A stretch of 64,000 bases of DNA, from the IMG/VR virus record IMGVR_UViG_3300028797_000116, positions 61,691-125,690 of that record. One strand, 5' to 3'. The DNA comes from a virus (Duplodnaviria; Caudoviricetes). The notes under the pieces are model-generated. The model had not been told where the DNA came from. It made no database searches and saw only the letters and a program-made list of their open reading frames with translations. Positions 11,101 through 25,980 of this stretch are shown one piece after another (the first letter of the stretch is position 1; every line of letters starts with the position of its first letter). A program made the position numbers and the translations under genes.

Positions 11101-14100
11101 ATGATTTAATTGATCAATATAAACAAGGAAAATTAACTATTGATGATGTAGTAAAATCATCAAATGATTTAGGAGATGCTTGAAAAGATTTAGATGTTAG
11201 AACAGCACTTTTAACCAATGACTATAAAGTTTTAACAGATGCTTTAATAGAATATCAAGATAAACAATTAGAAGCAGCAAAAACTGCAACAGAAAGCAAT
11301 AGAATTCTTGCAAGAAGTCAAAATGTAAAAGCAATGAATCAATTTGGAGCTTCTAAGGCTTATGGTGGGACAGAAACAATGGCTATTGGAAGTCAATTTA
11401 ACATACCAACTAATATGTTACAACTTGGAATAGCTTCTGCAGATGGAATGGATCCACAACAAATAGAAAAAGAATTAAAAGCTAAAGAAGAATTATCTAA
11501 ATATATTAAATCAGAATGAATAAATATTAATGAGAATATTCAATCATTAGGTTTAGTTATAGATTTTACAAGTACTGATAGAAATATACTTCGATTATAT
11601 GATGATTTAACAAAATATAAAAAAGCTATAGATGATACTAATGACAGTGAACAAAAATCTACATTAATTTATAAACAAGTTAATGATATGATTAATTCAT
11701 TAAGTAAAACTGTTGAAAAATATAAAGAAGAAGTTTATGAAGAAGGAGAAGTCAATGCTCAACAAATAGCAAGGAAAAAAGAAGGTTTAAATCAAGAATA
11801 TGAAACTTTTAAACAAAGCAGAGAAAAACTTTTACAAGAACAAGCTATTTTTTATCTTAATCAAGGTATTCTTTTAGATGATGCAAATGAGCAAGCAGAA
11901 AAAGATATAAATAAAAGTTTAGATGAAAGTTTAGACGCTATAACTAAACTTAATATGCAAAGATTAAGAGCTGAAGATTTCTTTAAAGAAAAATTTGCAG
12001 ACGATTGATCAGAATATGAAAAACAAGTTCAAGAAGTTTTAAATGATTTAGATGAAGATGATTTAACATATATAGTTAATGTAGATAGAGTAGAATCTTT
12101 AGGGAATTTAAAAAAAGTTTTAGAAGAAGCTAAAAAAATTGCTGCAAAATATAAAATTACTGCTGAAGTAAAAACTGAATTTAAAAATAAAAATATTGAT
12201 ATTAGTGACAAAGCTTTTGAAACTTTTGTTGAAAATTTAAAAAGTGAAAAAGTTGCCGCTGATATGACAACTAAACAATTAAAAGATTATAATGAACAAA
12301 CTGAGGCGGTTGCAAAATATGTTCTTATCGCTAATAATGCTTTGAAAAAAATAAATAAGACTTGAGAAAAAGATGAAAAAATTCTTGAAAAAGGAAAAAC
12401 TAAAACTGTAGGATACGCAAAAGCATTTACTAGAGTTAAAGAAGCCATGGAAGATGTTTTAGACATGGATCTTACTGATGATTTTGTTAAAAAACATTTT
12501 AAAGATTTAGGTGATATTTTAAAAGGTGATACTGATAAAATAATTAAATTAAGAAAAGAAATGGCTTTATTTAAATTAGGAGATATTGATACTAAAGATT
12601 GAGAACAAGAATTACAAAAAGATTTTAATATTCTTGAAAAATATATTAAAAAATTTAATGGCAAAAAAATAAAAATTAATTCATCTCTTGACAATACAAA
12701 ATTTATAACTGCGGCAAATAGTTTATTAGCTCAAGGTAAAATAACTGCTGAACAAATGAATGAAATTTTAGCAGGAATAGGATATGAAGCTAAAATAGAA
12801 TATACAGAAGTTAAAGTTCCAGATTTTGCGGCAGCTGCTGCAGGTGCCGTGGGTGCCGAAAAAATAGTAAAAATGCCTCAAATAGTAAGTACTAGATATA
12901 AAGGTACTTCTTCTTATAAAGCTCCTAAAGATACTGGAAAAAGTGGCGGTGGCGGAGGAGGAAGATCCAAAGCTTCAAAACAAAAAACTGAACAAGTTAA
13001 AAAAGAATTAGATGTTTATCATGACGTTAATATTGAATTAAAACAAATTGAAATTCAATTAAAGAAAATTGAAAGAGAAAAAAATAAATTATTTGGTAAA
13101 AAATTAATTGAAGCATTAAATAAAGAAATTTCATTATTAAATAAGCAAGTAGAAATTACTTCTAAGAAAATTAAGATTGCTGAAAATGAGACTTCAAAAC
13201 TTAAAAAGAAATTAGCTACAAAAGGTGCATTATTTAATGATGACGGTACTTTAGCAAATTATACTGAATTATATAATAAGTATTATGAAAGAGCTAAAAA
13301 AGCTGTTGATAAATATAATAAAATGAGTGCAAAGCAACAAAAGAAATATGAAAAGACAATGAAACAAAGAAAGAAAGATTTTGAAAATGTTGCTTCATGG
13401 ATTGAACAATATGATGTTTATATTTCTGAAACTTTGCCAGAATTATATGAAAATAATACTGAAGATTTAGATAAAATAGTTGAAGATCAAATTTTAAAAT
13501 TTGATACATCAATTGATATACATTTAGATACAAAAGAAGCAGAAAGAGAATGGAATGAATTTAAAAAGAAATTAACTATTGATGAAGATGATATTCTTGG
13601 AAATGCAGGAGCAACTCTTAAAGATTTAAAAACTTATTATAATGATGTTGGTACTGGAAGTATAGATGTTTTAACAAAATCTATTGAAATAACTAAACAA
13701 GAATTAGAAAGAATGCAAAAAGGTGGCGTGTCTACGATATTTGGAACAGATATGGCCACTGCAAAAGAAAGACTTGAAAAAGACTTAAAAGAATTAATGA
13801 GTCAGTTAGTTGATTGAGAAGAAAAATTAAAAGAAATTCAACAAGCTCGTTTAGATATGATGGATCAAGCCGCAGATAAATTTGATAAACAAATTGAATA
13901 TTATGAAGCTATTTCATCTATTATAGAACATGATGTTAAACTTATTAATTTAAGATATGGAGATAAAGCTTATGATAAGTTAGAAGCATTATATGAAAAA
14001 GAGCATGCAAATAATCTTAGTCAATTAGATTTCCTAAAAAAAGAACTTGATTTCTGAGAAGCTCAAATGGAAGCGGCAGGAGATAATGAAGAAGCATTAG

Positions 14101-16031
14101 AACAAGCTACTGAAAAATATAAAGAAAAATTACAAGAATTTAATAGCTTAACTGAAGCTACTTTTGAAAGTGCTTTAAATATTTATCTTAATACAATTAA
14201 TAAGACTTTCAAAGCTTTAAATGATGAATTAACTAATGGAAAAGGTTTAGATTATGTTCAAGAAGAATGAACCCTAATTAATAAAAGTACAGATCAATAT
14301 CTAGATACTATTAATAAAGCTTTTGAAACTCAAAAAATTGAAAGTAAATATATGGAAGCACTAGATCAAACATATAATATAAGTGCTCAAAGACAAATTA
14401 AATCATTAATGGAAAGTGAATTAAAGATTTTACAAAATAAAGATAAATTAACTAAATATGATATTGAAAGAGCTAATAAAAGATATGAATTAATGCTAAA
14501 AGAAATTGCTCTTCAAGAAGCTCAACAAAATAAAACAAAAATGAGATTAAGAAGAGATAGTCAAGGCAATTATAGATATGAATATGTTGCGGATACTGCT
14601 CAAGTTGATAAATTAAAAGATGAAGTTAATGATTTATATAATTCATTATATAATTTTGATAAAGATCAATATAAAAATAATTTAGATACTATATCTAATT
14701 TATGAACTGAATATCAAAATAAGATGTTTGAAGCTGCACAAATTAATGATCCTACTGAAAGAGCTAATAGAGAAGCTTTAATTAGAAAAGAGTATGGAGA
14801 TTTAATTAATAATTTAGTAGCAGATAATGAACAAATTCGTCTTAATTTGGCGGAATCAGCTTTTGAAGAATATTCTAGATTATATGATGACAATAGTCAA
14901 GAATATTTAGCTATGATAGAGCAAGGTGCAGAAGCAGTTGCTCAAAAAATGGTTCCAGCTTGAACTTCTGGAATTCAATTAATGATTAATACTATAAAAG
15001 AAAAAGGCGGATTAGAAGAAACTTATAAAGAAGCTTTTCAAAAAATAGATGCGGCAACAGTAAAATATGAACAAGATTTAGCTAATGTAGCTGAAAAATC
15101 TAGTATAAATTATGAAAAAATTATTTCAGGTTTAGATCCAGCTCTTGAAAAAATTAATAAATTAATTTTAGGAAATGAAGAATTAATTAAAATTTATAAT
15201 ACTCAACTAGAAGAAATTAAAAAAGTTGAAAATGAAGTAGATGCATTATGTAAAAAATATCAACAAGCTAAACAAGATGCTATAGATGCGGCAACCGCAG
15301 CTAATATATATTTAAATGGCACTGCGGAAGAAGTAGAATTACCTAAAGGTTCTACAGGAAGTAATACGACTAAAGATCTTAGTAATGAAACTTTAATTGC
15401 TCAACGTGCTTCTTCAATTATTACTCCATCTATAAACACTGGTCTTTTTGGAAATACTGTAAATAATATTAAAAATTCTATTAAAAAAGTCTCTGATATC
15501 CAAGGAGATTTAAGGACTTCTTATCTTGCTTCAGATGTAAATGCTCTTCAGATAGCTTTAAAACAATTAGGATTTTTAGAAAAATATCCTGCGGTTTTAG
15601 GAAGTTTTGATGTTGAAACTCAAAAAGCTTTAATTGCTTTCCAAACTGCTATGGGAGTTACTGCTTCAGGTTTCCTTGATGATGCTACTAAAGCAAAATT
15701 TAAAGCAAAAGGATTTGATACTGGAGGATATACTGGTACATGAAATAATTCTGGTAAATTAGCATTTTTACACCAAAAAGAATTAGTATTAAATGCTCAA
15801 GATACTGAAAATATGTTAAATGCAATTAGTATAATGAGAAATATTACAGCTATGATAGGTAGCGCAAATATGAATAGATTAGCAACTGCAGCCGCAGGTT
15901 CTAATAGCACTCCTTTAGAACAAAATGTACATATTGAAGCTAATTTCCCTGGGGTAAAAGATGCAAAAGAAATAGAAAATGCTTTAAATAATTTAGTTAA
16001 TATGGCAAGTATGAGAGCTAATAAAAGGTAG
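8151..16031 (+). CDS. Tape measure protein (code 4, 2626 aa) with C-terminal peptidoglycan-binding-like domain
   Basis: 13 ORF-track fragments share one frame, and those that do not end the gene stop at TGA. TP901-like TMP core (LSTIISVTRQAPESAGVALKTIYARM), long coiled coil, PG_binding_1-like DVNALQIALKQLG...ALIAFQ, C-terminal GFDTGGYTGT-W...LAFLHQKELVLN. Confidence 0.9.
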
Positions 16032-16055
16032 TTTTATTATTAAACTACCTTTTTT
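16023..16055 (+). terminator. Rho-independent terminator
   Basis: AAAAGGTAGTTT...AAACTACCTTTT + T. Confidence 0.7.
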
Positions 16056-16130
16056 ATTTTGGGTAGTTATGTATAATATTTTTAAAAGGAAAATTATAAA
16101 TAATAAAGAGAAAAAAGGAGATGTAGCAAT

Positions 16131-19100
16131 ATGGAATATGAAAATAAAATTCTTGATGCTATTGAAGTAATTGTTGATAATAAAATTAATAATGCGAATT
16201 TTGATAAAACAATATTAGCAACAATTATTAAAAGTGTTGATTCTACTTTAGGTCAATACATTGTAAAATATCAAGATAGTAACTTTTATGCTTATTCAGA
16301 TAATATTAATGTTACTTTTGCTAAAGGTTCAAAAGTATATGTTTTAATTCCTAATAACGATTGAACTCGTCAAAAAACAATATTAGGTTCAGTGGATCAA
16401 TTAAGCGATAATTATATTGCTTCAGTAGAAACTGGAAAAATATTTGAAGCTATTGGAAATAATTGTATTACTATACAAAATGAATATAATTTATGTTCAT
16501 ATGAAGATACTGTGGAAAAAGTTTTATATGAAAAAGATGGTGAATACAATGCTTTAGAATTAGATATTCAAGGCCTAGAAACATATTTAAAAAATGCAGA
16601 ATCTATTAAATTATCTGCTCAAATTAAAACAAATTTACCAATAGAACAAAGATTTAGAGGTAATTATGGAATTGTTTATGAATTAGCATTTTATGATAAT
16701 GGAACCGAAGATGAAGTTATAAGATCTTATGTTCTAGATATAAATCAATTTGAAAGTAATCCTTATAAATTATTTAATTATAAAAAACAAAATGGAATAT
16801 TTGATATTGATGGTCAAAATTTTAAATATATCAATAAAATTTATTTATTTTGTTTAGGTTTTCCAAATCAAGAGGTTGGACATGAAGCGGATATATTTAT
16901 TAAAGATTTAGAAATAGGCGGCGGCCACGTTCTATCTCAGACTGAACTAGATTCATATGGAATGAAGCTAGTGACTCCGCAAGGAATTTATTTTGATGAA
17001 AATGATTTAAGTTCTTCTATAAGAACTATTCAAGCTTTTGTTAGAGTGAAAGATAAATATATAAATCCAGAAGCTCAAAAATTATCTTACTATTGATTTG
17101 TTGAAGATAATAGCATTACATCAAGTAGCGAAAAATATCATTCATATGGAGGCCAAGGTTGAAGATGTTTAAATGATTCGACAACAGTTCAATCTGCTAC
17201 TATTGTTAATGATGCTGTTGTAGAATGAGTTCCTATGGATTATCAATTAACAGTTAAAAAACAAGACGTGGCCGCAAAAAGAACTAGTTATAAATGTGTA
17301 GCAATTTATAATAATAATATTTTAAGTCAAACAGTTACAATTATAAATTATGATTCAAACTATGAAATTACTATTGAATCAGATAATGGAACTCAATTTT
17401 ATTATGATATTGGTAATCCTAATTTGACATGCAAAATTAATGAAATAGAACAAACTGGAAATGATTATACTTATGCATGAGCAAAAATAGATAACAATAA
17501 TAATTTTTTTGGACTAGCGGAAACTACTACTTTAAATGAAGAGTATATAGATTTAATATCTGATTATGAAGATCTTTTAGATGAGATCGCAGATGAAACA
17601 GCGATGCCTGCCGCAAGTCAATCTCAATTAGAAGAATATCAAGAAGAAATTAAAGAATATGAAAATATTACTAGAATAGAGAAAAATAAAATACATCATT
17701 TATTAGTTAAAGAAATAGTTGCTTTTGCTACTTATAAATGTTCTGTCTATTATCAAGGCATTTATATAGGGACTGCTGCAATTAAAATATTAAATGATGT
17801 GGGAAAAGAAGAACAATATACTTTAATAATAAATGATGGAACTCAAACTTTTAAATATAATGAAGCAGGAATAGCTCCAACTAATAAAAGTTTAGAGAAT
17901 CCACAAAAAATACCTAGTTTAAGTTTTTCTATTTATGACCCTAATGGAGAAGCTCTTAGTAATACAGTTTTAAGTAATTGTGATATTACTTGAAAAATTC
18001 CTAGTGAAAATACTTTTATTACTCATGAATATACAAATGATATAGTTACAAATCAATTAGAATTATTTTATGGTATTAAAGATAATTATAATATAAATTA
18101 TATTAATAATGATATTGAATTAATTGTTAAATATAAAGATTTAATTTTAACTACTAAAACTAATTTAACATTTTTAAAAGAAGGTGAAAATGGCGCTAAT
18201 GGAACTGATTTTGTATGTAAAATAGTTCCTAATACAAATGAAGAAATAGATTATCCTATGATTTGCAATGGAAATCTTAATTTCACTCCTTCTGTGACAG
18301 CAAAATGATTTAGAGTACAATTATGACATAATGGAGATAAAATTTTTGATAATTATGCTTCAGGAAATAGTACAGAAAATAAATATACTACAGTTCAATG
18401 AAGTGTGTTAAAAAATAAATATACTACAACTATAAGTGATCCAACTAATATTATAATAAGTGCGGATGGCGATTTCAGTTACTCAGAATATAGTGGGGAT
18501 GGAGCTTCCGCAGACATAGTTAAAGCAACAGTTATTTATAATGGAATTAAATATTTTACTACAATTCCTGTATTAGTTGCTACTGCAGAGACTGGATATG
18601 AAATTAAATTAGTTAAAAATAGTGGATTTCAATATGTCTTTTATAATGCAGATGGTAGATATCCACAATATGTTACTTCACCTTTTGAATTACAAATTTT
18701 TAAAACAATAAATGGTATTAAAGAAGATATTAGTAATTTATCTCAAAATTCTTATAGAGTTAACTATACTTGAAATGTTAAGGGTCAAGTATATGATCCT
18801 ATTGCTGAAAATTGGGTTAATCAATCTAATTTAGAATTAGTTAATAATTTAAATTTAAAAAGAAGTCAAAAAGAATATAAACCTATAGATACTTATAATG
18901 GAGAATGTTTATCGACGGCTCTTGTTTGTTCTATTACTAATACAAGTAATGCTGAGGTTGCCGCAATTCATATTCCTATTCATCTATTGCTTAATAGATA
19001 TGGTAATGCCGCTTTAAATGAGTGAGATGGAAATCATATTTCTATAGATAAGAATGATAATGGCGTTATTTTAGCACCTCAAATTGGAGCTGGTAAAAAA

Positions 19101-21332
19101 GAAAATGATAATAGTTTTACTGGTATTTTTATGGGTTCTGTAAAAGAAGTTGGTTCAAATGAAACTGAAGTAGGATTATTTGGATACAGTTTTGGCACAC
19201 GAACTATTGAATTAAATTCTAAAGATGGATCTGCAAAGTTTGGTAAAACTGGCGCAGGTCAAATTATTATGGATCCAAGTTCAGATACTGCGGTATTGAG
19301 ATCAGGAAATTTTGAAATAGATAAAATTCAAGTTAGTGGAAAATATGCTGCAAATAGAGTTTATTATAAAAAAATAGGTAATAATTATACTCAATTAATT
19401 GAAGGAACTGATTATGAAATTGGTGATACTATTATAGAAAATAATGTTTATATGTGGTCTAGTGGGGATGGTTTAGAAATAGATTTAACAGATCCACATA
19501 TTACTTTTGGTTCAGGTAACTTTTGAGTAGATAAAAATGGAAAAGTACATGCAACTGGTTTTGTCACAACAGAAGAGTTACAAGAGGCAGTAGATCAAAT
19601 CGCAAATGATATTATTTCATTTACTCCTTTATATTATTTAGCAAGTTTAATCCAAACTCAAGATACAGCTTTTATAGAAAATAAAAATTATTATTATTAT
19701 GATGAAGATAATGATATTTATTTAAATTATGATGGAGATAGAAGTGGAGATCCAAGAGAAGTTTATATAGGATATATTCCTTATCATTTATATGAAGATA
19801 GTCCAATTCCAAGCAAACCTACTATAGTAGTTACTTCTGAATCTAGAGAACCAGATCAATGGTCTTTGGTCTTTCCTAATTATGTTGAAAATTATACTTA
19901 TTATAGTTGTAACCAATATTATATTGCAGGTTCTCCATCTTATTATTCTTGATCTGACGTAATAAAAAATGAATCTTTAAATATAGGTTTAGATAGAATT
20001 GAAGAAGTTTCAAGTACTTCTATTGAAATGGGAACTCTTTATACAGTTACAAATCAATATGATGTAATTCCAGAAACTCCTGATATAAAACATGCTCCTG
20101 AATGAGAAGCTAATACTTATTATAAATTACTTAGTGGAGTGTATGAATTATTAAATAGCAAACCAGAAGATTGGGAAATAAATTATCCAAATTATTATTA
20201 TTTAGATTATTATACTTATGAACCTGTTCAAGGAATTAATCTTTTTGAGTGAACAAGTATTGCTCCAGAGCTAGAGCCTGGAAAATTTCTATGGTCTTGT
20301 CAAAAAGTAGGAGGGTTAAATCAAATAGGTATTACTTATACCGAACCATTATTAATGACAAGTCAAAAAGTAGATAAAATTTATACTCAATATATTATGG
20401 TATTTGAATATAGATTAACTGAAGATACAACTGTTGAAAAATCAGAATATTTTTGGTATAATAATAGCATAGGTGAATATGAATTATATAATATAAGTCC
20501 TTATGATAATCCAAAACAATTGGGATTATATGAACATGTTGAAGGTTCAGAGCAGCCAAGCGATTCTGACATAGGTTGAACTAATTTTAAACCTACTTGA
20601 CAAAATGGATATTATTTATGAGTAAGAACTGCGACTTCTTATTTTGGAAGTGAACAATTATTCTATTCAGGTCATTACCAAGATACCTCTTGAGATACAA
20701 CAAATATTTTGAATACTAATTTAAATGCGGCAAGAGATATATTAAATGGTTTTACTGATGGGAAAAGTACTGTAACTATTAATAAAGATAGTATTTTTAT
20801 TACTAAATACAATAATGAGGCAACTGAACCTATTAGTAGATTAGTATTAAATAGTAGCGGAATTGGTTGACAATTATATGATAATGATAATAATGATTGA
20901 GGAGAGATTTCTAGTGTCTGAACAACAGATGGAGAATTTGATGCTCAAAGTATTATTGTTAAAAATTTAAATGCAGATAGTATTGTCAATGGTAGTTTAC
21001 AAATTGGTAAAGATAAAAATACTAGTGTTTTAGAAATTTATAATTCAACTGGTCAATTAGTTGCAAAAGTATCTGGAACTAATGGAATTCAGGTTTATAA
21101 ACCTGGAACTGATTTTGTTCATACTGTAATTAATCCTAATACCGGTATTATAGGAAATAGTCAAGATGTAAATAATCCTATTACATATAAACATTCAGAT
21201 ACAGATTTTATTATGAACAATGCAAAAGTAGTAAATACTATGGTTATTGGTTCTACTATGATGCAAGCTGTAAATGATAATAGTCATAATGGAATTGCTT
21301 TTGTACCATTTACTGGTATAAATTCTATTTAG
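16131..21332 (+). CDS. Large tail-tip/baseplate protein (code 4, 1733 aa)
   Basis: Seven ORF-track fragments share one frame, joined by TGA, ending at TAG 21330-21332; beta-rich; follows TMP. Confidence 0.75.
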
Positions 21333-21342
21333 GAGGTAATTG

Positions 21343-24054
21343 ATGGCAACAATATTAAGTGAAACGAAATCTACAACAGGAAGTCCATATGCTTATTATA
21401 AAGTTGATGCGACTGTTAATAATAGTAAAAGAACAGCGACAACAGCAAATATAACTATTAAAGTAACTTCTCATTTAGCTGAATCTAGTTCTTCTTTAGG
21501 ATCAGGTAGTACATACGGATTAGTTGCGCATATTAGTTTTAATGGAGTTGAAAAAACTATTACTTTAAAAAGTACTGATGCAAGCTGGAGTGGAACAGGT
21601 ACTCACACAGCTTCTGGTACTTGAAATATAAGCTGCGAAGCAGGATCCACTAGTATTACAAATATAAAATTTTGAGTTCTTAGAACAGGATCTGCCGCGG
21701 ATAATAGTAGCAAAGGAGCTCAGATTCTAAGTAGTAAAAAGAAAAGTTGTAATAATATAACTGGAATTGATACTTATTATACAGCTCCTAAATGAGTTAC
21801 TTCTCCTTCTATTATATCAATAAATGAGACTGGAATAATTTTAAATGCTGGAGTAACAGATCAAAAATGTGACTTTTATTATAGAATAGATGATGAGCAA
21901 GCAGTAAAAATTAATGATTCTCCAGTTACTTCTATAAATAATATTGTAAGGACAGATTTAATTGCTAATACAGAACATTATCTTAGAATTATTATAAGAA
22001 ATCCTAATCAATCAAGTCTTGCAACTTATTATGATTCAACATTTTCTACATATCCTTATCCATCTATTACTAATTATCCATCTCGAGTAACTTTACCTAC
22101 TTCTATGTCTGACACATTAACTTTTACATATACATTTTATAATCCTTTAAATAGATCAATAACTGTAACTCAAAGTATAACTAGTGATGATGGCAATTCT
22201 GTTAATCCTAAAAATGTTGCTACTAATTCTACCTCATGTTCATTATCTTGAAATGTCGATGATTTATATAGATATACTAAAAATAGTTCTAATAAAACTA
22301 TAAATGTATCAATTCAATATCCAGATAGAACTGATAATAGTCATTCTATAACTTTAACAATTCCTGAATTGAAACCTATTATTGATACATCAAAATTTAA
22401 TTATCAATCAATTAATAATCAAAAATTAACTGATTTACATTATTCAAATACAAATACATTAGTACAAAATAATAGTAGCATGAATATTTGACAAACTAGC
22501 GGATTAGCAACAGGGCAAGGATATGCAAATATTAGTAGTGCAATTTTTAATTTTGACGGTACTAATCAAAATCTTACTACTACTTCAACATCTTTTAAAA
22601 GTGGATCTACATTTAATTATAGTACAAATCAAAATGCTACTATTACAGTAACTGATTCAAGAGGCTTTTCTAATAGAGTTACGGTGCCTATTAAATTCAT
22701 AGGATGTTTAAATCCTACAGCAACTGTTTCCGCGACACGTGAAGGCGGATATGGAACTAATGTTACTATTACTGTTGGAGGGACTTATTCTATAATAGGA
22801 GATAATAATATTACTAAATATTATTTAGTTCAAAAATGAAGTAATAATAGTTGAGTTACAGATACAGATTTAACTAGCGATTGGACTATTATTATTAATC
22901 CAGTTATTATTACAGTCAATAGTGATGATAGAAGAAAAATATTAGCAAAAACTAAAGATAGCTTTGAACACTTTTCAAATGAGGTATCTACAATTGTAGA
23001 AATTGGACAACCAACAATGTTTATTGACACGAATCTTGAAGGAGTAGGAGTAAATTGTTTCCCTGTTAATAAAGGTATCCATGTACAGGGAGATGCATTA
23101 GCGCTTACTGGTTCTATTACTTACCCAGGACTTCCGCAACATGCAGCAGACACTACAAAAATTTGAAAAGATTCAATTTCATTTAGAGGAGCTGGGGATG
23201 ATGGAGGCTGGATTAGAATTTTAGAACCGACTCAAAATGATGGATGTTTAGAAATTGCTACTGGTGACGATGGAACTGAACCTATTTATATTAGACAATA
23301 TGCTTATGGAAATATTAATAAAGAAATTACTTTATTAGATGGAAACGGAAATACTTATTTTCCAGGAACAGTTAATGCAACAACAGTTAATGCACAAACA
23401 GCTACTGTAATTACTTCAAGTGGAAGCCCTTATGTAGAGGCTAAAAGATCTGATACTGAAAACTATGTAGATTTAATGGTTGGTAGTGGGGGCGTTAATA
23501 GAGGTTTATATGTTAATTCACTTGGTTGGATTTTATATGCTGATAGTTCTAGTGTAAATATGCCAAATAGTCTTAAAATGGTTGCAGGAAAAAGTATAGA
23601 ATTTTACAATGGTTCAACAAAATATGCGAGTATATCTTCACCTAGTGAATGGAAAGATTTATATTTAGATAGTGGTGGTGGCTATGTATATATAAGAAAT
23701 AATGGCTCAACTATTGCTTCTTTTAGAAATGATGGGAAAGTATATGATGGCAATGGAACAAAATATGCTTTATTAACTGACTTTATAACTGAAACAAAAG
23801 AAGCATATACAGGAGAACTTGCATCAGGAGATAATGAAACATTAGCAATTGATATATCAAAAGCAAATTATACTCCTATTGGATTAGTTGGATACTATTG
23901 CTCAGGCTCAAGGTCATCATATATAAATGTATATGGACAATATTTAGATGGATCATATGCAAAATTAATTATAAAAAATACTCATAGTTCAAATCCATTA
24001 GTAGCTGATGATACAAAAATTAAAGTGTATGTTTTATATAGAATTAGTAGTTAG
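21343..24054 (+). CDS. Tail fibre / receptor-binding protein, DUF859-like (code 4, 903 aa)
   Basis: AGGAGG RBS; S/T/N-rich; ITVTDSRG motif typical of siphovirus DUF859 proteins; in frame with 23476-24054. Confidence 0.7.
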
Positions 24055-24072
24055 AAGGAGACAAAATAAAAA

Positions 24073-24276
24073 ATGGAAGAATTTAAACAAGAATTAGCTA
24101 ATTTAATAAATAGTCAATTTAATAAATTATCTTTTGAACAAGTATTTTATATTGTAAAAGATATTTATAGAGATATATATGAAAGCTATCAAAATTATTT
24201 AGCTAATCAAAAAAAAGAAGTATTAGAATCTGAAATTAAAGAAGAAGAAGAAAAAGAATCTAATACAGAAGCATAA
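24073..24276 (+). CDS. Small acidic protein (possible fibre chaperone)
   Basis: 67 aa, AAGGAG RBS. Confidence 0.55.
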   Translation: MEEFKQELANLINSQFNKLSFEQVFYIVKDIYRDIYESYQNYLANQKKEVLESEIKEEEEKESNTEA

Positions 24277-24348
24277 TTGGTCTATTTTATTTAATATTTT
24301 TGTTCTTTTTTTAATAATATATTATAGAATATAAAGGAGGAAATTAAA

Positions 24349-24666
24349 ATGGAAGATGCTTTAATTCAAATTTTTACAATTATCTTAACATTAATTTTAG
24401 GTAATTTAAGTAAAAAAAGTAATTTTATTAATAATAATTTAATTCCATTTCAAAATTTTGGAATAGGTCTTATTATAGCTATTGTTCATTACTGCTTTAC
24501 TAAAGATTTTAATGGTGCTATCGCGTTAAGTGGTCTTTTAGCGGGTGGAACTTATGATGTAGTTCATGGTTCAATTAAATTTAAAAAAGAGCAAGATGAA
24601 GAAGAACAAGATACTTTTAATGAAGACGATTTAGAATCTATAGATACTGAGTCAGAGGAGGAGTAA
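24349..24666 (+). CDS. Holin
   Basis: 105 aa, 2-3 hydrophobic segments, acidic tail, directly upstream of endolysin. Confidence 0.7.
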   Translation: MEDALIQIFTIILTLILGNLSKKSNFINNNLIPFQNFGIGLIIAIVHYCFTKDFNGAIALSGLLAGGTYDVVHGSIKFKKEQDEEEQDTFNEDDLESIDTESEEE

Positions 24667-24668
24667 GA

Positions 24669-25376
24669 ATGAAATTCAAAGAAAGACTTTCCGCACCAAG
24701 TGAAACTAATAAGTTTTATTTAAAAGCAGGCAAAGGCGGATATAATCGCGCAATGGAAATAAACACTAGAACACATTCTTGTTTACCTAACTGTGTAGGA
24801 ATGGTACATGGACGTTGGTTAGAAAGCCAAGAAAAAACTGATTATAATAAATATGATAAATTACCAACCGGTAATGCTGAAAATTATTTCCCTTATAAAA
24901 AAGATGGATATAAAAGAGGTCAAACTCCAAAAGTAGGAGCAGTTATTTGTTGGAGAAAAGGTAAAGCTGGCAATCCTGATGATGGTGCTGGGCATGTAGC
25001 ATTTGTAGAAAAAGTATTTGATAATGGAGATGTACTTACTTCTAATAGTGCTTATGGCGGAAGCAGATATTATACTAAAAGATATTTAAAATCTAAAAAT
25101 TATTATATGGGAGCTAAATATACATTTCAAGGTTTTATTTATAATCCTTGTGATTTTACTGAACCATATGATTTAGATAGAATATTAAAAAGTGGATGCA
25201 AAGGTGATGATGTAAAACATCTACAAAAAACATTAAAAATAAAAGTTTCAGGAACTTATGATAAAAAGACTATTAAAACAGTTAAAGCTTATCAAAAGAA
25301 AAAGAAACTTACAGTTGATGGTATCGTAGGTAAGAACACTGCTCATGCATTAGGTTGAACTTTTAAAGGAGAGTAA
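24669..25376 (+). CDS. Endolysin: CHAP domain + peptidoglycan-binding domain (code 4, 235 aa)
   Basis: CLPNCVG, GNAENY, AGHVAFVE (CHAP Cys/His); GDDVKHLQ...VDGIVGKNT (PG_binding_1); single TGA six residues from the end. Confidence 0.85.
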
Positions 25377-25395
25377 TTATATACTCTCTTTTTTT
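25365..25395 (+). terminator. Rho-independent terminator
   Basis: GAGAGTA...TACTCTC + T-run. Confidence 0.6.
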
Positions 25396-25477
25396 ATTTG
25401 GTCATTTCTATTTAATTATCTATATCTTTTTTTAAAAGATATATAGATAAATTTTTATAAGGAGGGTTGAAAATACT

Positions 25478-25951
25478 ATGTTAGATTTATTAAAAAATTA
25501 CACCCTTGAAGAAGTTCTTATTTTTATAGTAATGTTAAGTTTTGCTATTAAAGGTTTTATAGATTTTTATGATTGGGCTAAAAAAAGATTTAGATTTCCA
25601 ATTGATAAAGAATATGATAAAAAAGCAAAAGAGCAAGAAATAGTAAAAAAATTAATTTCTCATGAGGAACAAATATTATCTTGTAAAGAATGTTTAGAAA
25701 ATATTAATAAAAATATGAATATTCTAATTGCTTCTGATAAAGATGACATTAAAGCATGAATTACTGAAAAACATCATTATTTTTGTTATCAATTAGGTTA
25801 TATAGATGATTACAATTTACAATGTATTGAAGCTAGATACAAACATTATAAAGAAGAAGATGGAAATACTTTTATTGATGGTTTTATGACAGATATTAGA
25901 GATTTACCTATCGTTTCAGTAATAAATAAAAAGAATAAAGAGAATGAATAA
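25478..25951 (+). CDS. Membrane-anchored lysis-region protein (code 4, 157 aa)
   Basis: N-terminal TM, coiled coil, DDIKA-W-ITEKHHYF...YKEEDGNTFI. Confidence 0.6.
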
Positions 25952-25980
25952 AATAATTAGAGGAAAAGGAGAGATAAAAT

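Noticed and set aside
24669-25376. Mycoplasma host as a trivial explanation for code 4
   Set aside because: The CHAP endolysin and PG-binding domains imply a peptidoglycan-containing host, although the host is not identified
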